DNA from: Trichoplax adhaerens
Lineage: Eukaryota; Animalia; Placozoa
Direction: 5' to 3'
Length of the DNA stretch: 64,000 nucleotides
Assembly (NCBI RefSeq): GCF_000150275.1
Contig: NW_002060944.1
Location: 3,200,152 to 3,264,151 of the forward strand
A model generated the notes under the pieces. It had not been told where the DNA came from, did not search any database, and saw only the letters and a list, made by a program, of their open reading frames with translations. Both the position numbers and the translations under genes were made by a program. Below are positions 52,736 to 64,000 of this stretch, one piece after another. How positions within the stretch are numbered: position 1 is the stretch's first letter; the number at the start of each line of letters is the position of its first letter.

Positions 52736-55700
52736 TTAATCCATGTTTTGAAAAATACACAAAATTATCAACAATAAAAATATATAGTAGGCCGGTGTAT
52801 AGTAGCTATTGATTGATCATGTTATAATAAAGGATCTGATGCCATATTTCTAATTACCAAAACATTATCCATTGTAGAACCGATGATATATCCATTAGTA
52901 TCTTTTACTGAAGCTGTTTTCATTACTATTACTTCCTTAATTTGAGTCTTTCCAGGGATATGCTTAACATTCTTATAATTAACATTATATTTTGACAACT
53001 ATTTATAGCGGAAGAAGGAATTGCTACTCAAAAAATTTGTTTTAATTATGGTAGCAATTGTTATAAGATGTCCTTTAACATTCAAGTGAAAAATTGCATA
53101 ACTTATTTTGTCTATCAGCAGGCTCCACTTACATGTAATTCACGATCAAGATATTGCGTTAATAAAATGAGTAAAAATGATTTCTATTTCTGAAAACTTT
53201 AAAATGCTGGCACTATAATTTATACCTGTACTGACTTAATGTAGCTCATTCAATAAACGCAAAGTACAGGAACTGCTGCTAAAATAAAGTAGGCATATTA
53301 AAAGATTAACTTTAATGGAATGAATATCTTTATATCATGACAGATAAATGTAGGTTTCTACAATGTGTTCGTGGTAACTGCACATCAAACGGCTCAGATA
53401 GCGTTCATTGTATTTGTGAGTCTGGTTATACAGGGATACTTTGCGATTCAGGTAGATTATGATTTTTATCCTTATTACATAGCAGTATCCTTGTCGTATA
53501 GAAATCTTTTTCTGCATATTGAAGCTATCTGCTTTTCTTATCTAACGCATTTTTATTATTATTTCTTATCCATTAATGCAGTCCTCATAATGTTATTTTA
53601 ATTTCAATTGCAGCTCAGGGTATTATCATTGGCGTATTAATAGCGATAAGTGTATTTACGTATTTTAAATTATCCATTTGTAGATATTAATACATGTCTA
53701 TCCAATCCTTGTCGTGCTGGTAACTGTATCAATCATGACGGAAATTTTACTTGCCAATATCCGAAAGGCTTAAGTGGTGCATGCTGTAATACATGTAATT
53801 TTTGGAAAGATATCTAAGCAGTGTAACTAGCTTTCGTATATTTGACATATTAGAATCAAATTTTCGAATGCCATGCAGTATAATACTGTACTAAAGGCAT
53901 GGGCAATAGAGGACGACGTAGTTATATTTTAAGTACGTTAACACCTATGATCGAGCAATCTATATTTATATCTCGTTAGTCATTACAGAGTCTCATGTAT
54001 TTCATACGGATTCATCTCTTGAAGGAAGAAATACACGCAATTTATATTACTGCGTACAAAATTAGCTCATTGTAGTACTTGGGTTTTCAACTCCTTAGAT
54101 TCGCAATCGTCTAACTCAAAATCTGAGTTATTAAAATTGAGTAAATCTCTAATGTGACACAAGACCATAATCACAGTAGACTATTCTACTTCTTAATGCT
54201 ACCGTACTTCAATTACTAATGTAATTAGCTGAAACTACTACACTCATTAAGAATAAAATTCTTACGTCACTGAAAATAGCAGTACTGTATCTTATTTCGA
54301 TACTCTTATATGCATATTTCGAACCTAGCCATGGACTACTAGGAGAAGGTCTACTTCTAATAGTCCATGATCTAGGATACTTTCGTTACCTAAATTAACC
54401 CATTGAGGATGAAATTTTTATGTCACTAAAATAGCATCAATGCATCTTATTTCGATGATCGTACATGTGTATTAATATCTAAGACGTTTTTTTGCGCAGT
54501 TTAAGTTTAAGTACCATTTACGATCGAGTAATATGATAAATTCTCATGCACCATTACTCAGTTACACGAGTAGTATAGTATAGTATCCATGTTGATGACT
54601 GCTTTTCCCCTTACATTATCAAAATAATTTTACTATAAACTGTATCTTGTTGGGACATTCTTGAACGCGTATTTAAATCGAATTTGCTTATACTCTAATT
54701 AATCCTAAACTAGATTATAATTATACCGTAAGGATTTTTTAATTATATATAATAACTGAGATCGGGTTTTAGCCGTAAAATATATATATAGATCAAAAAT
54801 CAAGATCCTGCGTTTTCTGATATCCCAGTACTATTATACATTCGCATTAACGCTAAATCTTGATTGTAGATATCGACGAATGTATTCACAATAATGCCGG
54901 TCGTTCCACACTTTGTAGCAATCCCTATGGAAGCTATCGTTGCTCTTGTATACTTGGCAATGTTTTAGATGCTGACAATCATACTTGTACCGGTATGATA
55001 ATTGATTTTTATTCGATATCGTTACAGACGAGTTATAATAACGTTAATTTCTCTATGATAGACATTGTATACTCGGCATCTTATACTAATCGTTAATGAT
55101 TACTGCTTATGTTCATGGAGTGCAAGACCATTGTGGTATATGATTATCGAATAACTAAAAATAGTTCATTGACTTGATACTGTAGATCCTTGCAAAAATC
55201 TCTAACTAAGCTGAATAATACATTGCAAAATAACCTAAATCTTTTCCAATTTTATGGCAAAACCATGCAATGCCGCTTAACTCTCAGTCACAATACGGTT
55301 AACAGAAAATAGTCTAGATCCACATTATGATCGTCAATGTACAGAATTAGCAGCCAGAATCGATACCATTATAGGTAAAAGGAATTTCATTATAAAATAT
55401 CCTGTAAGTATATTTTAATCATGCATAATGATAGCCATTGCGATGTATTCTATAGTGTATTTAGGTTCGTTAATAATGCCAACGTATGCTTTCGATTTGG
55501 TCCTTACAACTGCTCTACCGTAGTATCAGTTCAAATCAAATTTTGTACAGAAACTATCATACTCTATTACCTTGATGAATTATCAGCATGCTACTTAGAC
55601 TATTGTAGCCATATTGCTGGTAGGAAATGACTAAGTAGACTATTATTTTATGGATAGGCTGCAATAACTATAGAACCTATCTAGATATATACAGTATTTT

Positions 55701-56192
55701 CTCTCCTGTTTTTGTGTTTAGCTGTTGCCAAGAATTATTATCCGATTCGCCTTGTCACCGGCAATCGTACATTAGGTATAGTATTAGTTCAACATAAGGG
55801 AGAATGAGGAACTCTTTGCGACGACGGATTTGACATGAAAGGTGCCATTGTGGTTTGCAGGCAATCAGGATTTGCTAGAGGACTATCTTTCCATACTTCT
55901 CCTACTCCTGGTACTGGACCGATATGGTTCGATAATAATCGATGTTCCGGAAACGAAGCATACATAAGTGCGTGTAAACATGCTTCTTGTGGTATTCATG
56001 ATTGTAGTTATAGCGAAGACGTCGCTAATTTGTCAATGATAGTGATATTTTAAATTATCTGTCTTGAATGATAATTTTGCATATTAATATCAATACTAGC
56101 TTAGATGATATTATGTTTGGCACTATAGGATATTCACAATACCCGTACGTGCTTTCCATCAAATTTGAATAACCCTTGTCTCCTATTCAACG
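52736..56192 (+). pseudogene. Gene D: pseudogene paralog; D8C-EGF-EGF-cbEGF-divergent D8C-SRCR
   Basis: D8C half EEGIATQKICFNYGSNC..QVKNCITYFVYQ (~53010-53170); EGF exons ~53344, ~53683 and ~54870 (Cys losses in the latter two); W>stop at 55310; SRCR 55722-~56035 with TGA at 55805. Confidence 0.85.
54324..54376. repeat. Imperfect 53-bp hairpin between ~65-bp direct repeats
   Basis: CCTAG-CCATGGACTACTAGGAG ... CTTCTAATAGTCCATGATCTAGG; flanks 54251-54318 and 54408-54472 are similar to each other. Confidence 0.7.
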
Positions 56193-56469
56193 GTATGGCT
56201 AACTTGAAAATTGTAAAAATTATACAGTACATTCGTTTGTATATCATTTACTCTATCTAACTGCTTGGAAAAGTTTCATGATTCAATAGCACTAACGCTT
56301 ATCTTAACGCTCGGCTGATTTTGTTTTTAGAGAAGTGAAATATCTGTGTAGCTACAATATAAGGAATTAAAATTAAATCAATAACAATAAAATCAGCTTT
56401 GAATTAAAAATGTGGTATAATTGCGGTCATTTTTTTTTCTCTTTTTGTCTCTTTCTTCATCTATCTATC

Positions 56470-56728
56470 TGTCGTAGTATTAATAGAGTGACTTCGTAAG
56501 GGTCAGTCTTAGATGAGCACGTATTTGAACCTCATATGATTATAGAACCTTCTAGAATACTCAGTCTATGTATATTATAATAACTACTAATAAGTTCTAG
56601 AATATTCCATGATAGATTATATGTATGAGCGTTGCTGTCATACTTTATTAGTTCGCACTTATAAGTCTTAATAAAGTTCTGTTCTTTGCTAATACGTTGT
56701 CTCTACATTTGCTCGAGAACTTATTACA
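56470..56728 (+). mobile_element. Solo LTR (259 bp) inserted in a (TATC)n-like tract
   Basis: TGTCGTAG...TTATTACA termini; 5-bp TSD CTATC (56465-56469 / 56729-56733); AATAAA at ~56670. The TSD is weaker evidence inside a microsatellite. Confidence 0.7.
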
Positions 56729-57484
56729 CTATCTATGCGTATTTATTTACCTATTGATATATCTATATATCTATTTATCTGTAGGATGTATGTATCTATC
56801 TATTCTTCCATCTATCTACTCATATCTACCGGTATCTAGCTGTCTCTCTGTCGTTCGCTAGTGTTCGTAAAGCTTACCTACGGCGAAAACAACGTTGCAG
56901 TAAATCGTCTTCTACCTTACTGCTACTTGACACTAGTACTTGCATTGGCTAATCGAGATAGCTTGCGCAAATCCAAGCTGTCAATTCCTCTAGCTTCAAT
57001 ATTATCGACAGTATTCATCTGTCCAACCAATTAATCTTGTCAGCAGTATGCATGACTGGAAGATGCTTACTGTAGAAATACTGTACACCCTATCCTATGG
57101 CATCACTTCTTGATGCTGGCGTTTACGCGTACAGCATATTGAATGACTTGCAAAGATTGTTCTTTCCCTTCATCATCTTATTAAGTTAACGATAGTTCTA
57201 TCAATAACATTGCTATGGCTACGGTAGTAGTGTGGCTTGCGGATACTTCCGGATAGCACATGCATGCAATCATTATTTTGTTCATTAAGCAAATGAATTA
57301 ATGTCTGAGTTTTCCAGTGTTGATTACAGTTGCATTGTATCCTGTACTCTGCGTACAATGATTGAGTCAACGATTGTACAATGTGTACATACTGTCGAAA
57401 TCCAGTATCTGTATGGGAAGTCGAGGACTATTGAGGACTAGTGGTGATTACTTTAACACCTTAGTACAGAACGGTACTTCTCCA

Positions 57485-58300
57485 GTGCAGTACTGTAAGT
57501 CACGTGATCACTTTACACTATACACTGTACACTGTACCGTATGGTACTGTACTGTACAGTGTACTGTACAGTACAGTACAGTACTAGAAAGCGTATTGAA
57601 AGTTCTTACTACAGTACAGTACTGTACCTGTAATGCTCTGCATTGGGCTGGTCTTGTACAATGTACAGTACTGTACATCGTACTGCATCATAGTTATCAA
57701 TGAAGCCCTTTTTGGCTTTATGGAAGCGTCAGAAAGTGAACTACTGTTCGTCTTCCATCATACTTTGTTCCATAGAGCGAATTCGGTGCTTAATCATCAA
57801 ATGCACCCATTAAGAAAGAATCGACTGACATCGTAACAGCATACAATTTATCCAGTTCTGGGCTTTGACTGTACCGCAATAGGGATGTTAAACGGCTACT
57901 GTCAACATTCCGCAACTTCTCCAACCCGATGTGTGTACAGTACTGTACTGTGAACAAAAAAACAATGTGGAGGCCAGCCTCTAGGCAGGATCTCTATAAT
58001 AATAAGACTCATGCTTACCACTTCACTACAGCAGTCGAACAACAAACAGTTCAACCGGCTGAGTTTACCTTGTCACACACACAGCGCCTGACACAGGTGT
58101 TGCACGTTCTTACAGTAGTGACACATTGATTTGAGACAGTGCAAACTGTCACTTCAACTTCTCATATTGTACTGTAGTACCGTACTGTAGAGAGTGAAGA
58201 AAAACTCCAGGGTCTCACTCTCCCTTGGATACCGTACTGTAACGTACAGTACAGCCCTGTACCACGCCTAGCATCGTACTGTACTGTACTGTACTGGCGT
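57485..58300. repeat. TACTG/CAGTA pentamer-rich, partly palindromic tracts upstream of vav
   Basis: E.g. GTACTGTACTGTACAGTGTACTGTACAGTACAGTACAGTAC at 57544-57584; more at 57610-57685, 57935-57950 and 58165-58296. Confidence 0.85.
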
Positions 58301-58594
58301 ACTCAGGGAAACTGCTTTGAAAGTTCAATAGCTCTCTACTTCCCTTCGAAGAGAAGAAAATCGATCCTTGTCTTTAAAGAATTAGTCTTAATCTGTTCTT
58401 TAATTCCAATAATTCAACAATTAGCTATCCAATAACTGCTATTCCATTGGTGTATAGGATAGTCTAGCTTATTCATTCGTTGTATCGAGAGAATAGTACA
58501 AAGCAAAAAATATTTCACTGGACGACTTGCCGATTCTCTCCAGTCATCGACAGTAGTCTTTAAGGTGGACTGACTGAATGAGGAAGGAAGGAAA

Positions 58595-61500
58595 ATGGAA
58601 GATCAAAATATTCCAAAAAATGACGACCAATTAGCGTGGAAATCAGCGGCCAATTGGCTAGCTGAAGCGAATATTATACCTCACGATAACAAAGTCTTTA
58701 GTCCTGATGCACAAGTTTTCGATCTGGTTCAAGTTTTACGTGATGGTATTCTCCTTTGCTATCTAGCAAGGAGACTTAATTCTCAATCAATACCAGATCA
58801 TAGAACCATTAGCACTCAGAAATCGCAGGTAAGACTCAATAATTTCACTTTTCCTCTTTTCCACGCTAATAGCTGCCTTCACAGTGTCCCATCATACAAA
58901 ATTAATAGGCTGTTGATGATAGGTATCTTTTTGTTTGCTGGTTTAACACGGTACTAAACTGGCTCGCTAGTTTCCTATTTCTTCTTGTCCAGAGTGTATT
59001 ATTGATCATCAATATCAACTTGTACTGCTTAGGCGTATACTGTACGTGTATAGCCTGGAGATGATCATGTTAGGTATTTTTCTTTCAATTAATCAATGAC
59101 TGCTAATAGTAAATTGGATAAGCTGAAATCTCTACCACACTGTCTATCTGAAGCAAATACTTTTATCATCAACTCATCGTATCAATGACGAATTTATCTA
59201 TGCAATAAATCAAAGTGACCGCATCTTTCTGAATTTACCCTCCTTCTAATACTTGTAATTACAGTACAATAGAAATGGTCAAGATTGACCATTGACCCAT
59301 TACATTTTAATGTCTAAAGTACGCTTACATGCCGCCAGAAATTCTATCGATTGCGCTACATGATTAAAGTTTTGTTGGATTGTACTGCAATAGTGAATCG
59401 ATTTAGAATTCATATTTTAAAGTAAGCAAGGCGTTCCAGGTTGAAATGACAATTGAATGAATTTGCATTGATCCATTGGGAAATAGGACAGATATAAAAA
59501 AATCAAATTTATCATTCGTCAATCCAGCAATTGAATTGAATTCAGTATTTGATCCGCAAAACACTTTTCTTCCCCCATGACGTAGGTTTGATACTTATAC
59601 CGCCTCTAAGTTAACAGTTGCATTTGTATTCGCTACTCTAGCTATAAATTCTAGAAATTAAAGTTGATATCTACCTGTCTAAGCATCCCTACACATTGTT
59701 TGACTTATGACTAGATAGCCTGGTACATTACAGAATTGACTAAGAGATATGCCTGAAGGTTGATATACTTCAATTCCTAGTTATGACTTTTGTAAAGTGG
59801 AAACAGAAAATTTTAACGACTATACAACAAATTGTTCAATCAGCAGTCTTTGCCTGATAGTCATGTGAAGGAAATTGTAGGGATAATCTAATCCTAAGCA
59901 GTGATATTAATCTAGCATGAATTGTAAATGAATTCCTGATAGACTAAAAAATTCACCCATTTTAGCATTGATATCAATCAGCATGTCTCTTTCTTTGAGT
60001 TTAGTTTCGATGTAAAACGAATATAAAGCATTTCCTGAAAGCTTGCAACGAAACTTTCAATCTTCATAGCAAAGATCTCTTTACGCCTGATGAACTCTTA
60101 CATATAACGAATTTTTCTAAGGTAAGTCAATTTAATTGACGTACGCGTATATTCGCATGCGCCCCGCGTACGATATCAGTTTGTACGCTTATAGCAATGT
60201 AATGTAATATTAATGGCCAATCTGTAGTATATACGGCTATGTCATTTTGTCATTTCCTTTGATTGAATAGGTTATTGTTGTTATGTAATTTGTTTCTGTT
60301 CACCTTTTTTTATCCCAATTTGAAGCATTTGAGCTAGTGATAGATTGAAATACAAGGCAATGCAGTACGATATTAAAAAAGATTGAATTTATGTGCCAAG
60401 TAATTTCTTTCCTTGAGGGGGTAACAATTTTCCTACTACAGTACATGCACATGTTATATGCCGTTTGGAAATACGGCAGAATAATTGCATGCACAACAAC
60501 TCCACCTTTGTTACCTGATCTTGACTTATCAAGTCGAAATTAAGTAATCTCACATTAGCATGGCATCCAAACACTCATTAAATTAATACAATACTCTCAA
60601 TTTCCTCAGCTTAACAACGTTTACTCTACATTATTGTGAGATCTTTGTAAGTTAACAAATAGAATGCTGACGACAGAGACTACCAATTATTTGGTATCAT
60701 ATACCTTAATTATCTTTATTTAATTCGAGTGTTTCATGACCTCGTATGCAATTTTTTTTATTACTATTGTGAGATAGCCGATTTACATTCGTCCAGAATA
60801 GTCCAGTCCAGGACTACCACGGTAGATAATTATCATCGTAGCGTATTCTTGTATTTAAATATCAGCTTGAAATAATATGTTTGCTCAAGTTAATAAATTA
60901 ATTATATTATGAGCCCAATCTTCTAGCCAACTACGAGTTTAGTCAATGATGAATTTACTCTTAAACATCCCGTACAGTATTTGGTATTTGATACTTTACA
61001 TTTGTTGATTAACATCCTTTTTGCTGTACCTAGCTTTGAATTTGCGAGCACGCTAGCAAACATTATAATCTTTCTAAAACATACAAATCTACTCAACTTG
61101 ATTCAACCCTATTATAAACACTTATTTGATAACCAGTATATACGTATAGTGTCGCCGATACCTAGTTTAAAGTACGTATATTCGTGCATTGCAGTTATTA
61201 AAAAATTGATCTTGAACAACTGACCTACCTGCTAATTAAGAAATGTTATTGTTACAATTAATATCAAACTAATCGCTCTACCGTATTGTTGCAAGATGGC
61301 TTACGGCGACACCACGCAATACTATATAGTGTACAGTACCGTACTGTAATTTTAATTGTTTATTCGTTGTTTATTTTATAGACGAAAAAGTTGTTGTTAT
61401 TTTCTTTGTTATAGCCATCCATTTTAAATATTGAATTATCTCTATAATGACTAACATTTATACTTGCGGTTTTTACTACTTGAGAAATTGTTGAAACGTA

Positions 61501-63937
61501 TGATATTAATCACAATAATTGAGGCTATAAATTCGCTCTAATATTCCATGTAAACAGAATAATAGCATTTCCTAAACTTCCTAACATGTCATCTTCTAAG
61601 ATATTATTATCGTACATATATTTGTGACACGTATTTGTATCCAAAGTATTATTGTCCAATGCAAAATTATTTGAAATGTAATTGAATGAAAAAATTCATA
61701 ACGACCTTCGTAAAACAAAAACAATTGTTTTTAAGCTAAACTTTGAAACCCCTACTGTCACCATCTTGATGCATTTGCATTCTTTCTGGCTTAGGTAATG
61801 CATACATTGTCTGTTTTGTCAAGAACTAAAGCTGCCGAGAAGCTTAACCTAAAGTGAGTCCATTAGATCATATAATATTACAATAACTGCGATTTAATAT
61901 GATTTGATATTGAAATGCCAACTCCATGATAACCTTTGTATCAGAGTGGCTAAATGTGAATTGCGTGTAACGTAGTGCTACATAGTACAAATGATAGGGA
62001 GTGAAAAGAATCAATCAGTTCGTAGTGGTACCGAAAAGATCTCAAACTTGTTGTAGTACTGCCCAAAGAGTTAAATATTGATTCGTAAAACTTCAGCAGT
62101 TTCGACCTCACTCGACGTTACTAACGAAGAATAATTATTCCTGTGTCATTCTATAGTTTAAAGATTGCGATATAGTAAATACGATAGCTAAGGTACTTTT
62201 TTGACATCATGTTTAATCTATCCTCTTCCATTAGAAACTGCGGCTTGATTTCTAACCAAAAAATGCAGAAATTGAAGTTGTATCATATTTATAGTAGTTG
62301 ACCATTAATGAAATGCATGTACAATGTTATGCTACGCTATGATAAGATTTCGCATAGATTAATTAAAGTAAACTGCACTAATCGCTCTGAAAGTATTTTT
62401 GTGTGACCAGGTTGATTGCAGTAAGGTTGATTTACTAGTAGTCGAAGCCAGAATCTAATTGGATGAATCACATTAGCACTTTCTAATCCTATCATTAAAT
62501 TACACATTGAAATAAATAGGGTTACGTCTTGACCTGCAACAGATCACTCGGCAAATACTGTTCAGTATTCTACCTTTGCCAGTTCGATCAGTCATTGCTT
62601 ATAAGTAATTTCCGTTGTAATTGAATATTTAGTTTCCTACAAACATGCCTTCCTTACAAGTGATTACGTAACAGCGTGTAGTATTTCGCTCGACCCATAG
62701 TAGTACGTCCTGACTGAATTGATGTAAGCGTTGCAGTATTTAGTGATCGCCACAGATATGTAAAATCAATTTCACTTAACTAAATATTACTCTTTAACCC
62801 ATTTCCATACTATATAATTGCATTAGATTTTCTTGTTTATAAATTTTCGTACAGTATTAGCTATTTATTTTGTGTTATTTTCGATATGTGAACAAAAATT
62901 AGACCGTTTTATGATAACCCTGAAGTTGAAAAAGAAGAAGACATTTACGGAAATTTAGAAGACTTAGCAGAGTAAGTAAATTTATTAATTACAATTTATT
63001 TTTAGTATTTATGTTCACCTATTTTACGGCAATACAGTTATCGTGAAGATTATATTACAGTAAGAAATTGACTATACAGTACTTATAACTTAGTGTGTGT
63101 ACATACTGTACTGTATAGTTATAGACTACTTGATGAAAGTTTTTAAACCTAGTATAACACAGAATATCCTACAAATATGAGATACTTCACCTCTGTTTGC
63201 TATAACTATATGATGAAAATCAGAGGAGATTTATATTTTGATAAATATGCTTGTCAAATTTGTACATATAATTGGTTTTAGTTATATTATGCTATTTGAT
63301 TTAACAAACTTTTTAAATCTGAAATAGTATTATATGCTAACTTTTGATATTAAAATTATATAGCTCACCTTATTCCATTACCTTACAAACGCTCATTGTC
63401 ATTTACGAACTATAATAATAATAAATGAATTTTTTCTCAGTAATGACTTTCAATGATATTTAATTATTAAAAACGATTTTAAATGTATTATACTTATAAA
63501 ACATTTACTATTGTTAAAATTGTACAGCACAAACGATATCATCGATCAAGAACCCGTTTATGATGTCGTGTATGATGATGTCAACGATAAGATTTACGAT
63601 ACGTTCTTCCCGAAAAGAGACGAGGTATATTTGATATATCTTTAATCATAGTCTTCATGAATCGATTCCACTTATATTTATGAATTATATTACTCATTAT
63701 CCATTGATACCAACTTCCTTTCTTTCGTAATAATTTTCCTTATGTTTACAGTGAAAAATTTAGTAAATATCATACTACTTATTTAGCACTGATTTAAATA
63801 AAGCCATTTTGAGATCTTCTTAGTTATGTTGATCATGCTGTATATAGGAAACACCGAAGAAAGAGAAAAGAATGTACGTTTTTGAAGAGCTATGCAATAC
63901 AGAAGCCCATTACGTTGGGTACTTACGAGCTATACTG
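58595..63937 (+). CDS. vav: Vav family Rho/Rac guanine nucleotide exchange factor, 5' part (CH domain, acidic region, start of DH); continues past the window
   Basis: Exons 58595-58828 (W..AANWL..AQVFDLVQVLRDGILLC), 60005-60121 (FRCKTNIKHFLKAC..DLF), 61795-61853 (VMHTLSVLS), 62903-62971 (EEDIYGNL), 63528-63624 (PVYD..DKIYD) and 63848-63937 (KRMYVFEELCNTEAHY). Colinear with Vav1, including the three acidic-region tyrosines. Confidence 0.95.
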
Positions 63938-64000
63938 GTAAAATATGCTCTTCATACTTTTATTGGACTTTCAGATCTTCTTCAACCCCGTGCTCATATG

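Noticed and set aside
57362-58129. ORFs rich in VQYCT
   Set aside because: Translation of TACTG/CAGTA repeats; no domain or splice support.
63938-64000. Next vav exon starting at 63975
   Set aside because: It would need a 37-nt intron and the window ends here; cannot be resolved.

Overview
AT-rich eukaryotic genomic DNA with short GT-AG introns. Gene content and compactness suggest an early-branching animal such as the placozoan Trichoplax; this is an inference. Most of the window (1-56 kb) is a birth-and-death cluster of large, probably secreted mosaic proteins built from phase-1 exon modules: uromodulin/GP2-type D8C (D10C) domains, EGF/cbEGF, SRCR, S/T-rich micro-exon linkers and a C-terminal MAM domain. 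It holds the 3' half of one apparently intact paralog (174-6085), a second paralog intact from its signal peptide to an assembly gap (28250-42101), and at least three decayed paralogs or fragments (14.3-15.0, 44.7-51.2 and 52.7-56.2 kb). Several units sit head-to-head with decayed copies of a minus-strand gene that has a signal-peptide-like exon and weak ZP-domain-like remnants. Also present: a decaying minus-strand CARD + propeller-like + unknown-domain gene (18.1-23.1 kb), three solo LTRs with 5-bp target-site duplications, a non-autonomous Helitron-like element in two copies, and the 5' end of a clear vav ortholog (58595 onward). All calls are by-eye translations and alignments; no database searches were run.
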